NCBI GenBank assembly: GCA_964389685.1
Contig: CAYMFM010000001.1
Span: 71,089-135,088 of the forward strand
Direction: 5' to 3'
DNA length: 64,000 nt
DNA from: an uncultured Rikenellaceae bacterium
Lineage (GTDB): Bacteria; Bacteroidota; Bacteroidia; Bacteroidales; VadinHA17
The notes under the pieces are model-generated. The model had not been told where the DNA came from. It saw only the letters and a list, made by a program, of their open reading frames with translations, and searched no databases. The position numbers were made by a program, and so were the translations under genes. Of this stretch, positions 1-11,198 are shown in pieces. Position 1 is the first letter of the stretch, and every line of letters starts with the position of its first letter.

Positions 1-756
1 GTGAACAGAAAACTTGAGAAAGGAAAAAGAGTAGTGTTTGAGGAGGTGGGGACGTTCTATTATGACCGTTATGGGAATCTTCAATTTGAACCCGATGCAA
101 CCTCCAATTTTTTGCCGGATTCCTATGGGTTGTATGAATTTGCACTAACACCACTTGAGGAGTATGATGTAGAAAAGAGAATCCGGAAAAAATTTGCAGA
201 CAAAGAGCCGTCAAGAACCAATGTTCGGAGAAAGGTGCTGTGGCGGGTTGCCATTGCCGTTCCGCTGCTGGTTGCTCTTGTGGTTATTCCGTTAAAGACT
301 GATCTGCTGAAATTCAGAACCAATGTCTCCTCATTAAATCCCATTTCAAACACAGATGTGGTTGATTCCAATACAGAACAACCGGAGGAAGCCATTCAAC
401 CAGAAGTTATTGAAGAAGAGATAGCCGGGGAAAACCAGCTGGAAGCAGATAATGAAATAAGGCAGGCTGCTCTACCTGAAGAATCTGATGGTGTGGAAGA
501 AGGAACAGCAGCTGAAACCATTCCATCGGTTGAGTATTATATCATTGCCGGCAGCTTCCGCATTTTGGGAAATGCTGAGCGGTATAAGGAACGACTTGCC
601 GGGCAGGGTTATTCCTCAACCGTCATGAAGCAGGTGAATGGACTGCACCGGGTAACATTGAACGGTTACCCCACGAAAGAGGAAGCAGTATCGGCGCTTG
701 CCGAGTTGAGAAAAGACCCTTCCAATAAAGAGCTGTGGATTCTGCGTACGAATTAA
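1..756 (+). CDS. SPOR domain-containing protein (5' end cut by window edge)
   Basis: The ORF is open from nt 1. It has one TM helix ([20 protein letters not shown]), an acidic linker and a C-terminal SPOR-type module: [60 protein letters not shown]. Confidence 0.7.
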   Translation: MNRKLEKGKRVVFEEVGTFYYDRYGNLQFEPDATSNFLPDSYGLYEFALTPLEEYDVEKRIRKKFADKEPSRTNVRRKVLWRVAIAVPLLVALVVIPLKTDLLKFRTNVSSLNPISNTDVVDSNTEQPEEAIQPEVIEEEIAGENQLEADNEIRQAALPEESDGVEEGTAAETIPSVEYYIIAGSFRILGNAERYKERLAGQGYSSTVMKQVNGLHRVTLNGYPTKEEAVSALAELRKDPSNKELWILRTN

Positions 757-2786
757 TTGATTTCTGATCCGTTATCAATGGTATTGGTTGGGCAGACAAA
801 GGTGAGTTTCCCCTCGTTATCGTGAGCCATCAGGATCATGCCCTGGGATTCAATCCCTCTTATGTTGCGGGGTTCAAGATTTAATACCACCGATACCTGC
901 TGTCCGATGATCCTTTCCGGCTCGAAAAATTCGGCTATCCCGGCAACTACGGTGCGTTTATCAAGGCCGGTGTCGATGAGCAGTTTGATCAGTTTATTTG
1001 TTTTAGGCACTTTCTCAGCTTCCAGGATGGTGCCGGACCGGATATCCAGTTTAGAGAAATCGTCAAATGTGATCCTCTCTTTTTGGGGAGAATGACTTTT
1101 CTCCTGCGAATCGGAAGGAGTTTTTGTTTTCATCAGTTTGTCAATTTGTTTCTGGATTATATCATCCTCAATTTTCTCAAAAAGCAATTCAGGTTTGTTT
1201 ATTTTTTGACCCACCGGCAGAAGGTTTTCCTGTCCGATATCCTCCCATTTATCGGCAGAAAAATTGAGGAATGCACAGATTTTCCTGACGGTACATGGCA
1301 GAAAGGGAGCAAGCAACAGGCCTAGGTTAGCCGTAATCTGCAACGAAATATAGAGGATGGTTCCAACCCTGGTTTTATCTTCCTTTATCACTTTCCACGG
1401 TTCCGTATCAGCCAGGTATTTGTTCCCCAGCCGTGCAAGATTCATGGCCTCCCTCAATGCTTCCCTGAACCGGTATTGTTCAAGACTCGTTTCAACGTTC
1501 TTCTTCAGTGCGGTTATTTCCGAAAGCACTTCCCGGTCGAAAGGGGTAAATTTGTCAGGAGGTGGGACTTTCCCTTCAAAATAGTTGTGCGCCAGGATCA
1601 TCGTTCTGTTTACAAAATTTCCCAGTATGGCAACCAATTCATTGTTGTTCCGGGTTTGAAAATCTTTCCAGGTGAAGTCATTGTCTTTTGTTTCCGGTGC
1701 ATTGGAACAAAGGGTATAACGCAACACATCTTCTTTTCCCTCGAACTCATCCAGGTATTCATGCAACCAGACAGCCCAGTTTCGGGATGTGGAAATTTTG
1801 TCTCCTTCGAGATTTAAAAATTCATTAGCCGGCACATTGTCGGGCAAAATATAGGTCCCTTCATCCCTTAACATGGCAGGGAAAATAATGCAATGAAAAA
1901 CAATATTATCCTTGCCAATAAAATGAACCATTTTTGTTTCGGGATCTTTCCAGTATTTTTCCCATTCATCGGTCAGTTCTTTTGTCGCTGATATATAACC
2001 AATGGGGGCATCGAACCAGACGTACATTACCTTACCGGTAGCACCTTCAATGGGGACAGGCACACCCCAGTCCAGATCACGGCTTACCGCCCTGGGTTGC
2101 AGACCCTGGTCTAACCAGGATTTGCATTGCCCGTATACATTGATCTTCCAGTTTTTGTGTTCTTCAAGGATCCATTTTTTCAGGAAGGGCTCATGCCGGT
2201 CCAGGGGAAGAAACCAGTGTCTTGTCTCTTTCAGGACCGGTTTGCTGCCACTGATGGTGGATCTGGGATTGATAAGATCCGTTGGACTCAACGATGTCCC
2301 GCAATGTTCACATTGATCACCGTATGCATTATCGTTTCCACAATGAGGGCAGGTTCCAATGATGTACCGGTCAGCTAAAAACTGACCTGCTTCGTTATCG
2401 TAATACTGCTCCGTAGTCTTTTCAATGAATTTCCCTTCCTCATACAGTTTCTTGAAAAATTCGGTTGCCGTTTCATAGTGAACCGGGGAAGATGTCCGGG
2501 AATAGATATCAAAATCGATCCCGAATCGTTCAAAAGAAGATTTGTTTAATGTATGGTATCTATCGACGATATCCTGGGGATGAACATTCTCCTGCCTTGC
2601 CTTCAGTGTTATCGGTACCCCATGTTCATCCGATCCGCAAATGGAAATAACATCTTCACCCTTTAACCGCAGATACCTTGTGTAAATATCCGATGGGACG
2701 TAAACGCCCGCCAGATGCCCGATGTGAATTGGCCCATTGGCATAGGGTAATGCGGAAGTAATGAGGTATCGTTTATACGTTTTCAT
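753..2786 (-). CDS. metG: methionine--tRNA ligase with C-terminal tRNA-binding (EMAPII/Trbp111-like) domain
   Basis: HIGH-type motif [14 protein letters not shown]; zinc knuckle [18 protein letters not shown]; KMSKS-type KISTSRN; C-terminal [27 protein letters not shown]...[11 protein letters not shown]. Confidence 0.95.
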   Translation of the reverse strand: MKTYKRYLITSALPYANGPIHIGHLAGVYVPSDIYTRYLRLKGEDVISICGSDEHGVPITLKARQENVHPQDIVDRYHTLNKSSFERFGIDFDIYSRTSSPVHYETATEFFKKLYEEGKFIEKTTEQYYDNEAGQFLADRYIIGTCPHCGNDNAYGDQCEHCGTSLSPTDLINPRSTISGSKPVLKETRHWFLPLDRHEPFLKKWILEEHKNWKINVYGQCKSWLDQGLQPRAVSRDLDWGVPVPIEGATGKVMYVWFDAPIGYISATKELTDEWEKYWKDPETKMVHFIGKDNIVFHCIIFPAMLRDEGTYILPDNVPANEFLNLEGDKISTSRNWAVWLHEYLDEFEGKEDVLRYTLCSNAPETKDNDFTWKDFQTRNNNELVAILGNFVNRTMILAHNYFEGKVPPPDKFTPFDREVLSEITALKKNVETSLEQYRFREALREAMNLARLGNKYLADTEPWKVIKEDKTRVGTILYISLQITANLGLLLAPFLPCTVRKICAFLNFSADKWEDIGQENLLPVGQKINKPELLFEKIEDDIIQKQIDKLMKTKTPSDSQEKSHSPQKERITFDDFSKLDIRSGTILEAEKVPKTNKLIKLLIDTGLDKRTVVAGIAEFFEPERIIGQQVSVVLNLEPRNIRGIESQGMILMAHDNEGKLTFVCPTNTIDNGSEIN

Positions 2787-2931
2787 ACAGAATGGATTTC
2801 GAAGCTGGTTAGATGGGCATCAGCAATTTTGACAAAGATAATTTAAGAATTCGGAATATAAAATCGATTGGAAATTCACCATAAGAGAATAAAATCCCCT
2901 ATTTTTATCTGTTGTTTTTCAAGTAAAAACG

Positions 2932-3294
2932 ATGAAAAAAGATGAACTGGGCAAACGGGGGGAAGAGTTAGCCGTTGCATTTCTCCTTAAAAAAGGATAC
3001 CGGATACTGGAACGTAACTGGCGTCACAATGCGAAGGAGATCGATATCATTGCCAGGGATAAAGATAAACTGGTTATAGTGGAAGTCAAATCCAGGGATC
3101 ACAACTATTATGAACATCCGGTATATGCTGTTACGGTAAAGAAACAACAGTTCCTGATCAATGCAGCAGACGCATATATCCGGGCAAACGACCTGGATAT
3201 GGAAACACGCTTTGACGTCATAAGCGTGGTGTTTTACCCCAAATCATTCGAAATTGATCACATTGACGGGGCATACTATCCAACGTTACGATAA
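2932..3294 (+). CDS. YraN family (UPF0102) endonuclease-like protein
   Basis: 120 aa. GEELAVAFLLKKGYRILERNWR...EIDIIARDKDKLVIVEVKSR matches the YraN pattern. Confidence 0.75.
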   Translation: MKKDELGKRGEELAVAFLLKKGYRILERNWRHNAKEIDIIARDKDKLVIVEVKSRDHNYYEHPVYAVTVKKQQFLINAADAYIRANDLDMETRFDVISVVFYPKSFEIDHIDGAYYPTLR

Positions 3295-3383
3295 TTACCA
3301 GTTATTATTCCGGTAACAAAGCAATACAAGGCTATCGAATAAACAAACATGCAGTCAAAAGACAACACCTAAACTATACTATC

Positions 3384-3953
3384 ATGAAAAAAATCGGAGG
3401 ATTCTTTGTTCAGGGATTGATTTATATTGCACCACTTGGAATAACCGCATATATCGTTTATCTGATCTTTACCTTCATTGACCGGTTACTGGACAAATAC
3501 ATCGATCCCATTTTACCGGTCAATATTCCCGGGATTAACCTGCTGGCAGTTATACTGGTGATTATGCTCATTGGAATTATTGGACAATCCATTATCGCCA
3601 GACCGGTTAAAAAACTTGCTGCAAAACTACTTGAAAAAGCCCCGTTGGTAAAAGTGATCTATTCAGCCATCCGGGATCTGTTATCCGCATTTGTGGGGAA
3701 AGAGAAAAAGTTCAATAACCCCGTCATTGTAAAGGTAAATCACCTTTCCAATCTGGAAAAACTGGGTTTTCTCACACAGAGCGATCTGGTGAACCTGGGA
3801 GTTAAAGACAATAAAGTGGCTGTATACTTTCCCCATTCCTATAATTTTTCAGGAGAGCTGTTTATCGTGCCCAGCGAATACGTGCGGCCCCTTGAGGCAT
3901 CATCTGCAGAGATCATGAAGTTCATTGTGTCCGGAGGAGCCAGTGGATTTTAA
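3384..3953 (+). CDS. DUF502-like membrane protein
   Basis: Two N-terminal TM helices followed by a soluble domain. PLVKVIYSAIRDLLSAF and FPHSYNFSGELFIVP are typical of the DUF502 family as I recall it. Confidence 0.55.
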   Translation: MKKIGGFFVQGLIYIAPLGITAYIVYLIFTFIDRLLDKYIDPILPVNIPGINLLAVILVIMLIGIIGQSIIARPVKKLAAKLLEKAPLVKVIYSAIRDLLSAFVGKEKKFNNPVIVKVNHLSNLEKLGFLTQSDLVNLGVKDNKVAVYFPHSYNFSGELFIVPSEYVRPLEASSAEIMKFIVSGGASGF

Positions 3954-4008
3954 CGGAGGAATTTATCAGGTAGTTCGTGTAGCTGGTTTAATGAGCAGTA
4001 AACCGATC

Positions 4009-4995
4009 TTACAGTAGCAGGTTACAGCCGCGGATATCACTATGGTCAAACCTGCCAAGTACTTCGAATCCATCATCTTCATGCAATTTGCCAAGATCCT
4101 GGGTTTCGACGAATGATACCGAGTGGATGTTAGCCAGGTCAATAATATTGATTCCACCGGTTCGGCCTGCCGGTAAATAATCAAAAGGATCGTAGGGATC
4201 GCGAATGAGGACCTTCATCCAGGGTGGTGTATGAAAGATCCCTCTTCCCCTGGAATAAGCCTGGGAGAGGATCTCGGTCATTCCATACTCGGAATGAATT
4301 TCGCTTACACCAAATTTTTCACACAGGCGATGGTGTAATTCATTCCGGGTAATCTCCTTTCTTCTTCCTTTCATTCCGCCGGTTTCCATTACAATGGTGT
4401 TTGTTATCGGCGAATTAAAGAATTCTGCAAAATCAAGAAGGGCAAAACTTACCCCAAACAGCAGGATTTGCTGCCCCTGCTTTTCCAGCTGAATCAACAT
4501 TTCCTTGAGATCATGGAAATTGTCAAGGTAGAATCCGCTGTTGGGATGCCCCGTTTGCCGGATCAATGCATCAACCATGTAGATCAGGGAGGACTCTTTC
4601 CGTTCAAGATAACCTGGCAATAGTGCCAGGATACAGAGATTTTTTAGGTCTCCGTAGTGGCTTTCAAATGTACGGCTAAAACTCTCCTCGTAAATGGAGA
4701 GGTCATAAATGCAATGCCGGCTTCTTTTTACCCCAGTTGTACCACTGCTCGTAAATTCTGCTTTAATGGTACCCTTGCCGGTAAGTAGTGGGAAGGATGC
4801 AAAACACTCCACCGGGAGAAACGGGATATCAATGATCTTCCTGATTTTTTCCGGATCAACTCCCAGATTTCTGATGTAAGCCCGGTACACCGGGTTATGT
4901 TCTGCCTGGTACCGGAAAAATTCCAGGGAGGTCGTTTCCAGTTGCTGAAAAGTCCGTACTTCAAATATTTTTTCCCTGAATGGATTGTTCATCAA
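4009..4995 (-). CDS. LuxE/PaaK-like acyl-protein synthetase / acyltransferase family protein
   Basis: 328 aa. N-terminal FRYQAEHNPVYRAYIRNLGVDP...IPFLPVECF and SSGTTG adenylate-forming motif. Family assignment is from memory. Confidence 0.5.
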   Translation of the reverse strand: MMNNPFREKIFEVRTFQQLETTSLEFFRYQAEHNPVYRAYIRNLGVDPEKIRKIIDIPFLPVECFASFPLLTGKGTIKAEFTSSGTTGVKRSRHCIYDLSIYEESFSRTFESHYGDLKNLCILALLPGYLERKESSLIYMVDALIRQTGHPNSGFYLDNFHDLKEMLIQLEKQGQQILLFGVSFALLDFAEFFNSPITNTIVMETGGMKGRRKEITRNELHHRLCEKFGVSEIHSEYGMTEILSQAYSRGRGIFHTPPWMKVLIRDPYDPFDYLPAGRTGGINIIDLANIHSVSFVETQDLGKLHEDDGFEVLGRFDHSDIRGCNLLL

Positions 4996-5029
4996 TCGTT
5001 ATCTTAAGATGGGCGGAAACGATGGATGC

Positions 5030-5578
5030 TCAGTCAAACAGAGTGGAACCATTGGGTTGATAAGCCCATTTAAAGGTGATTTCAGCATAGGGTTTTGTTC
5101 CGTTAAGGTAGGTTATAACATCTTTGATAACAATTTTACCATATTTTCCACCCAGTGTTTTAACGACCCAGATCTGGTATTCAAGTGCAGGTTTGGCCCA
5201 GTATGTATAGGTAAGGGAATCCGCTATTTGTTTGTAATTGTCAAAAAAATCGACTGCACTGTTCCAATCTGCAAATTCTCCGGCCAGGGCAATCAACGGT
5301 TTTTCCTGGACGTTATTCAAGATTTCCAGATAAGCGACCATCTCCTCTCCAGAGTTGTCTGGCATAACGATTAGATCCGGAGGATGTTTGCAGGATTGCG
5401 GATTGCAATAAACAACTTTTCCCAACTCAAAGGAAAACCCATTGAATGTATAGGTATCCCCTTCCAGGATGAGTTCCGAAGTGATGGTTACTTCGCCCGT
5501 TGTTGGTGTAGAACCATCCTCATCGCACCCGGTCACAAGGATGAAACATCCTATCCAGAGCCATACGATTTTTTTCAT
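5030..5578 (-). CDS. hypothetical lipoprotein
   Basis: Signal peptide with lipobox, MKKIVWLWIGCFILVTGCDEDG. Its start lies 1 bp after the stop of the upstream WD40 gene. Confidence 0.5.
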   Translation of the reverse strand: MKKIVWLWIGCFILVTGCDEDGSTPTTGEVTITSELILEGDTYTFNGFSFELGKVVYCNPQSCKHPPDLIVMPDNSGEEMVAYLEILNNVQEKPLIALAGEFADWNSAVDFFDNYKQIADSLTYTYWAKPALEYQIWVVKTLGGKYGKIVIKDVITYLNGTKPYAEITFKWAYQPNGSTLFD

Positions 5579-5579
5579 T

Positions 5580-6785
5580 CTATTCCTTGTTATTCAAACT
5601 GTTGTTTTTGAGCTGTTCAAGATATTTCCGGTAAAATTTCTGATACAGTTGATCTCGTTGTTTTTTCGCTTCTTCCATTCTTTCAGTATATTCCTGCCTG
5701 GATTCTGACCGGGACTTTTCCTGAAAAACAGGATTTTCTTCCATCTCAGCCTCGATCTCCTCCTTAAAATAATAATTGACGAACAGTTCCGGAGCAAGCC
5801 GCCACCATTTTGCCGTTTGATCGTATGATCCACTGATAAATGATTCTCCGTCAGGGCAAAATGCGACGCAACAGACAGCCCCTTCATGTCCGGTAAAGGT
5901 ATGAATACAATTTCCTGTGGACCGTTCCCAAAGTTTAATCGTCTGGTCCACTGAACCGGAAAGGAGATGATTGCCTGCAGGGCTGAATGCTACACTAAAA
6001 ACAGCAGCAGTGTGTCCTTCAAAGGTTCGGATCAGTTCTTTCTCATCCACATCCCAAAGTTTGATCGTATGATCACGTGAAGCACTGATCAGGTATTTGC
6101 CATCCGGGCTAAAATCAAGTGAGTAGATGTTCCCGGAATGGCCCTTGAAGGTGTGAATTATACGGTGGCTTGTCATATCCCATAACCGGATCGTTTCATC
6201 CAAAGACCCACTGGCAATCACGTTCCTCACGGGATGAAAAGCAACCGCAAGCACACTTTTTGAGTGGCCTTCAAACTCTGATAATTCCTTCAGGTTGATG
6301 AAGTCCCATAGCCTGAATGTGCGATCAAAAGAGCCTGTTACAATGCGGTCTCCGGCAGGATTAAAATCGATTGACCATACTGCTGTAGCATGACCACTCA
6401 ATGAGTTAATGTATTCTCCTTCCACGGTCCAAACCCGGATGATATTACGGTCTGAACCGACCAGGTATTTGCCATCCGGTGAAAAGGCAACGCATTGGAT
6501 TTCTCCGGTGTTATCATCTAACGTTAATAGATCTTTTTTCTCCCGGAGATCCCAGAGAATTACCTTTTGATCTTTGGAGCCTGTAACCAGCAACTCTTTT
6601 TCAGGATGAATATCGATCGAGTTGATAAAATCCGAATGTTTTTTAAAAGTATAGATGAGAAAATTATTCTCCTGTGCTTCCAGGGAGGTTCCAACGCCAA
6701 GCAGAAAAAGAGGAACCAACCAGGAGAGTATTTTTTTTTCTGTTAACGCAAAATAATTTTCACGATCACGCTTTAATCTATTCAT
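5580..6785 (-). CDS. WD40 repeat protein with N-terminal signal/TM and C-terminal charged coiled-coil tail
   Basis: About seven repeats with GH...SGS.D.T[IV][KR]LW[DE] signatures, e.g. GHSGNIYSLDFSPDGKYLISASRDHTIKLWD. Tail is EEIEAEMEENPVFQEKSRSESRQEYTERMEEAKKQRD. Confidence 0.8.
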   Translation of the reverse strand: MNRLKRDRENYFALTEKKILSWLVPLFLLGVGTSLEAQENNFLIYTFKKHSDFINSIDIHPEKELLVTGSKDQKVILWDLREKKDLLTLDDNTGEIQCVAFSPDGKYLVGSDRNIIRVWTVEGEYINSLSGHATAVWSIDFNPAGDRIVTGSFDRTFRLWDFINLKELSEFEGHSKSVLAVAFHPVRNVIASGSLDETIRLWDMTSHRIIHTFKGHSGNIYSLDFSPDGKYLISASRDHTIKLWDVDEKELIRTFEGHTAAVFSVAFSPAGNHLLSGSVDQTIKLWERSTGNCIHTFTGHEGAVCCVAFCPDGESFISGSYDQTAKWWRLAPELFVNYYFKEEIEAEMEENPVFQEKSRSESRQEYTERMEEAKKQRDQLYQKFYRKYLEQLKNNSLNNKE

Positions 6786-6857
6786 ATCCCTTATTTGTTA
6801 TCAATAAGTATGCCGGAATGGTTATTGTTTCGTGTTTGCCAGCTGGGTGAAAAAACA

Positions 6858-8054
6858 CTAACCCGTAATCGCTTTGATCCCCGGAAGTTCTTTCCCCTCC
6901 ATGTATTCAAGCATTGCACCACCCCCTGTAGAGACATAACTAACCTTGTCAGAAAGATGAAACTGGTTGACTGCAGCTACAGAGTCCCCACCACCGATGA
7001 GACTGAAAGCACCCGTTTGGGTGGCATTGGCAATGGCTTCTGCAATTCGTTGTGTTCCCTTTTTAAAATTTTCCATTTCAAATACACCCATCGGACCGTT
7101 CCAGAGGATGGTTTTAGATTGGGAGATGACCTTTTCGTATGTTTGAATGGTTTCATCCCCGATATCCAGCCCCATCCAACCATCCGGTACTTCACCTACT
7201 TTTGAAAAATCCCTCCGGGCATTATTATCAAATGCGTCAGCAATTACATTGTCAACGGGGAGATAAAGGGACACATTGTGGGCTTTGGCTTTGTCAATGA
7301 TCTCAAGAGCCAGGTCAAGTTTATCCTCTTCGACCAGTGAAGAACCGATTTTACCACCCTGGGCTTTGATGAACGTATACGTCATCCCACCTCCGATGAT
7401 CAGGTTCTCAATCTTGCTTAAAAGCTTTTCAATGATGAGGATCTTATCCGAAACCTTCGCTCCCCCCATGATGGCTGTGAAAGGTTTAACCGGATTGTGT
7501 AACACCCTGTCCATGCTGTTCAGTTCATTTCCAATGAGGTATCCGAACAGTTTGTCCTCTTCGAAAAAATTTGCAACAATAGTGGTTGAAGCATGGGCAC
7601 GATGTGCTGTTCCGAAGGCATCGTTCACATAAACATTGGCCAGACGGGAAAGCTCTTTGGCAAACCCTTCATCGCCCGTTGTCTCTTCCGGATGAAACCG
7701 AAGGTTTTCCAGTAAAAGCACCTCTCCCGGTTTAAGGTTTGTGGCCAGTTGAAATGTATCATCCCCAATGCAATCGGGAGCAAATTCAACCGGCAGTCCC
7801 AGCAATTCAGAAAGATGCGGAACAACATGTTTTAAGGAGAACTTCTCTTCATATTGACCCTTTGGCCTGCCAAGATGAGACATCAGAATAACTGCACCCT
7901 CGGACTGCAGGATTTTATTAATGGTTGGTAACGCTGCTCGTATCCTGGTATCATCAGTAATTTCGAATTGATCGTTTAACGGGACATTGAAGTCAACCCG
8001 GACAATTGCCCGCTTTCCCTCGAAATTGTATTTGTCAATTGTTTTCATTTCCAA
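6858..8054 (-). CDS. pgk: phosphoglycerate kinase
   Basis: [29 protein letters not shown] and [18 protein letters not shown] are all canonical Pgk motifs. Confidence 0.95.
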   Translation of the reverse strand: MEMKTIDKYNFEGKRAIVRVDFNVPLNDQFEITDDTRIRAALPTINKILQSEGAVILMSHLGRPKGQYEEKFSLKHVVPHLSELLGLPVEFAPDCIGDDTFQLATNLKPGEVLLLENLRFHPEETTGDEGFAKELSRLANVYVNDAFGTAHRAHASTTIVANFFEEDKLFGYLIGNELNSMDRVLHNPVKPFTAIMGGAKVSDKILIIEKLLSKIENLIIGGGMTYTFIKAQGGKIGSSLVEEDKLDLALEIIDKAKAHNVSLYLPVDNVIADAFDNNARRDFSKVGEVPDGWMGLDIGDETIQTYEKVISQSKTILWNGPMGVFEMENFKKGTQRIAEAIANATQTGAFSLIGGGDSVAAVNQFHLSDKVSYVSTGGGAMLEYMEGKELPGIKAITG

Positions 8055-8227
8055 TCGTATTTAGTGAAAATTGATTACATCTCTACCTCATTCGAAAACA
8101 AAATTATTAAGTTTAACGCGTTTCGCAATGCGAAATGAAATAATAATTGAGATACCAATCCGTGGTGAAGGGTAACCGGGATTACACGGGAACAACTTTT
8201 TCCCGTGAGATTGCTTTAAGTTTTGCG

Positions 8228-8235
8228 TACCTTTG
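8228..8235 (+). promoter_or_regulatory. putative Bacteroidota -7 promoter box (TACCTTTG) for holB
   Basis: Exact match to TAnnTTTG, 28 bp upstream of the ATG at 8263. This placement argues against the longer 8233 ORF start. Confidence 0.3.
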
Positions 8236-8262
8236 CCAGATAGTAACAGCCTTGCATCAATC

Positions 8263-9405
8263 ATGCTTTTTAAACACATTGTCGGACAGGAAACGGTGAA
8301 ACAACGATTAATCCACTCTGTGGTTCAGGGCAGAATAAGTCATGCACAACTCTTTCTGGGCCCTGAAGGGTGTGGTAAATTGGCCATGGCAGTTGCCTAT
8401 GCTCAGTATTTAGCCTGCGAGAATCGGGGAAAATCGGATGCCTGTGGCGCCTGTCCCTCCTGCCTGAAATACGAAAAACTGATCCATCCTGATCTCCATT
8501 TTGTCTATCCCGTTTCAACCACAAAAACCATTACCAAAGATCCCATCAGTAACAATTTTATCCAGGAGTGGAGGAGCGCTGTACTTGACAATCCATACCT
8601 CTCCTTATCTCAATGGTATGAACGAATCGGAATAGAAAATAAACAGGGCATCATCAGCCGGAAGGAAAGTCACGAGATGATTCGCATCCTTAACCTGAAA
8701 TCTTTTGAATCGGAATATAAAGTGATGATTATTTGGATGCCGGAAAAAATGAACCAGGTTGCCGCAAATAAAGTATTAAAAATTCTGGAAGAACCACCAC
8801 CAAAAACCCTGTTTATACTGGTTTCCGAAAATACACATACATTCTTACCTACCATTTTATCCAGAACTCAAATCGTTAAGATACCCAGGGTTGATGATCA
8901 AAGCATGACAGACTCCCTGAAAGAAAACGATATGCTCACTCCGGAAGCGTTGCAGAATATCGTTAAGCTGGCAAATGGGAATTATTTGATGGCCCGGAAT
9001 CTACTCTATGAAAGAGCAGAAAATGAATTTTACCTAACCCAGTTCACTGTTATGATGAGGCTAACCTATGGGGGTAAAATACCGGATATCCTGCAATGGA
9101 TTGATGATCTGGTTGCCCTGGGAAGGGAGAAACAGAAGCATTTTCTTCTGTACGCAACACGCATGATCCGTGAAAATTTTATGCTGAATCTAATGGCCGG
9201 TAAAGACCGTGAAGTGATTTACCTCACTGAGAAGGAGGCAGAATTTTCAGAGAACTTTTCTCCATTTATTAGGGAGAAAAACGTAGCACATATCGTCGAT
9301 GAGTTGAATGAAGCCTTCGCAAATATCTCGGCAAATGCAAACAGCAGGATTGTTTTGTTTGACCTTTGCATGAAAATCATGAGATTGATTAAAATGGATT
9401 TTTAA
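8263..9405 (+). CDS. holB: DNA polymerase III subunit delta'
   Basis: The sequence from MLFKHIVGQE onward matches the clamp-loader N-terminus. P-loop-like GPEGCGKLAMA, zinc module CGACPSC, and SRTQIVKIPRV (SRC-like). The ORF track starts at 8233, but the internal ATG at 8263 is preferred. Confidence 0.8.
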   Translation: MLFKHIVGQETVKQRLIHSVVQGRISHAQLFLGPEGCGKLAMAVAYAQYLACENRGKSDACGACPSCLKYEKLIHPDLHFVYPVSTTKTITKDPISNNFIQEWRSAVLDNPYLSLSQWYERIGIENKQGIISRKESHEMIRILNLKSFESEYKVMIIWMPEKMNQVAANKVLKILEEPPPKTLFILVSENTHTFLPTILSRTQIVKIPRVDDQSMTDSLKENDMLTPEALQNIVKLANGNYLMARNLLYERAENEFYLTQFTVMMRLTYGGKIPDILQWIDDLVALGREKQKHFLLYATRMIRENFMLNLMAGKDREVIYLTEKEAEFSENFSPFIREKNVAHIVDELNEAFANISANANSRIVLFDLCMKIMRLIKMDF

Positions 9406-9492
9406 TTAACTTTACCTCCCGCTTACAGGTAGGCAAATTACCAAATTTCCCTCGAAGGGATTAAACAATTGAGTTTAACTATCAGAAAAGCA

Positions 9493-10647
9493 ATGAGTGA
9501 ACGTGGCAGTAATGTAAGACTCGATGGTACATCCTTACAGGTAAAATCCCCAAAATATTCCGGAGGTTGTTTTAAACTAAACGTTTATGATTGGCTGAAT
9601 GATGTTCCGGAAACAGAGATCTCAGGTGACCTGGTGGAAGTGCGGTTTAAAAACACAAGAAAAGGTTTTTACCGAAATACAAATAGGCTGCGGGTAATGA
9701 TCGGCGATATAGTTGCTGTGGAAGCTTCTCCGGGGCATGATATCGGAATCGTTTCATTAACGGGAGAACTTGTCCTTCACCAAATGAAGAAATCCAATAC
9801 CCCTGTTGAATCGGATGATCTTAAAAAGATATACAGAAAAGCAAAACCGGCAGATATCGAAAAATGGCAGGAGGCCATTAGCCTGGAAGATTCAACCATG
9901 CTGAAAGCCAGAAAAATAGCGGAAGACCTGAACCTGGATATGAAAATCGGAGATGTTGAATACCAGGGAGACAACACCAAAGCCATTTTCTATTATATCG
10001 CTGATGAGCGTGTTGATTTCAGGGAACTGATAAAAGTCCTGGCAGATGAATTTAAAATCAGAATCGAAATGAGACAGATCGGAGCCAGGCAGGAAGCGGG
10101 ACGGATAGGAGGGATTGGCTCATGCGGCAGGGAATTGTGCTGTGCATCATGGATAACGAATTTTGTCTCTGTAACTACCAGTTCGGCAAGATACCAGGAG
10201 TTGTCACTTAATCCGCAAAAATTAGCCGGCCAGTGTGGTAAACTGAAATGCTGCCTGAATTATGAACTGGATTGCTATCTAGATGCTCAAAAGGATTTTC
10301 CGGACAGATCCATTCCCCTGGAAACCGAACAGGGGACGGCCTATCATCAAAAAACAGATATCTTCAGAAGGCTGATGTGGTATTCATACGAGAAAGATTC
10401 CTCAGTAAACCTTACACCCATTGCAATAGAACGGGTGCTGCAAATCCATCAACTGAATAAGAAAGGGGGAAAAGTACCATCACTCATTGCTCAAGAGAAT
10501 ATTCCTGACCGTAAAATCCTCGATTACGAGAATGGTGTTAATGAAGACAGTTTAACCCGGTTTGATAAAGAATCTGGCAAATCTGGCAAAAGCAAAAGGA
10601 AAAAAGGAAAAGGTAAATACCGGACCAATAACAGGAAACCTGAATGA
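9493..10647 (+). CDS. PSP1 domain protein (RicT/YaaT-like)
   Basis: PSP1 core DIGIVSLTGE...KIAEDLNLDMKIGDVEYQGDNTKAIFYYIADERVDFRELIKVLADEFKIRIEMRQIG. Cys cluster GSCGRELCCASW...GQCGKLKCCLNYE. It lies directly downstream of holB, as in Bacillus. The start is uncertain: TTG at 9469 or ATG at 9493. Confidence 0.8.
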   Translation: MSERGSNVRLDGTSLQVKSPKYSGGCFKLNVYDWLNDVPETEISGDLVEVRFKNTRKGFYRNTNRLRVMIGDIVAVEASPGHDIGIVSLTGELVLHQMKKSNTPVESDDLKKIYRKAKPADIEKWQEAISLEDSTMLKARKIAEDLNLDMKIGDVEYQGDNTKAIFYYIADERVDFRELIKVLADEFKIRIEMRQIGARQEAGRIGGIGSCGRELCCASWITNFVSVTTSSARYQELSLNPQKLAGQCGKLKCCLNYELDCYLDAQKDFPDRSIPLETEQGTAYHQKTDIFRRLMWYSYEKDSSVNLTPIAIERVLQIHQLNKKGGKVPSLIAQENIPDRKILDYENGVNEDSLTRFDKESGKSGKSKRKKGKGKYRTNNRKPE

Positions 10648-11198
10648 CAGGTAAAGACTTCCAAACCATTTTCCGAAAAACCGGATCGTTAATGAATGTT
10701 CCTAATTCAAAGGAAAAACCCGTGAAATATGATTCAATAATCAACCCGATTCTTTGGCTGGTGTTGATTGCACTGATCTGCTCCTGCGATCGAAACCGGG
10801 TCTTTGAAGAAAACATAACGCTACCGAATCATCGATGGGACAAAACAAATGTTCTCGGTTTTGATGTGGAAATAACAGATACAATCAACCCCCATAACAT
10901 CTGCGTGAATGTTAGAAATGGAGGACAGTATCAGTACAGTAACCTTTTTCTTTTTATTCGAACCGTATCACCATCCGGACAATGGATTCGTGATACGATT
11001 GAATGCACATTGGCTGACCAAAAAGGACGTTGGCTGGGTAGCGGACTGGGAGATATCGCTACACTTCAGGTCCCTTACAAGGTGAATGTACGCTTCCCTT
11101 ACCCGGGATTGTATAGCTTTGAAATTGAACAAGCCATGCGAACCGACCAGTTAAAGCATGTGTTCGATATAGGTCTGCGGGTTGAACGAATGAAATGA
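10644..11198 (+). CDS. gldH: gliding motility lipoprotein GldH
   Basis: Lipobox LIALICSCD; YQYSNLFLFIRTVSPSG...ECTLADQKGRWLGSGLGD...YPGLYSFEIEQAMR...DIGLRVER matches the GldH family pattern. There is an ATGA overlap with the upstream stop. An alternative start is at 10692. Confidence 0.8.
   Translation: MTGKDFQTIFRKTGSLMNVPNSKEKPVKYDSIINPILWLVLIALICSCDRNRVFEENITLPNHRWDKTNVLGFDVEITDTINPHNICVNVRNGGQYQYSNLFLFIRTVSPSGQWIRDTIECTLADQKGRWLGSGLGDIATLQVPYKVNVRFPYPGLYSFEIEQAMRTDQLKHVFDIGLRVERMK

Noticed and set aside
753-756. 4-bp overlap of the convergent stop codons of the SPOR gene and metG (palindrome AATTAATT).
   Set aside because: This is a real sequence feature but probably just compact genome packing. 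No hairpin or terminator is present and no functional claim can be supported.
8088-8279. The 63-aa minus-strand ORF, plus small hairpins (TTTCGCAATGCGAAA; CACGGGA...TCCCGTG), in the pgk/holB divergent spacer.
   Set aside because: The ORF has no motifs and spans the promoter region. The hairpins are short and unaccompanied by T-runs, which is insufficient to call an RNA or regulatory element.
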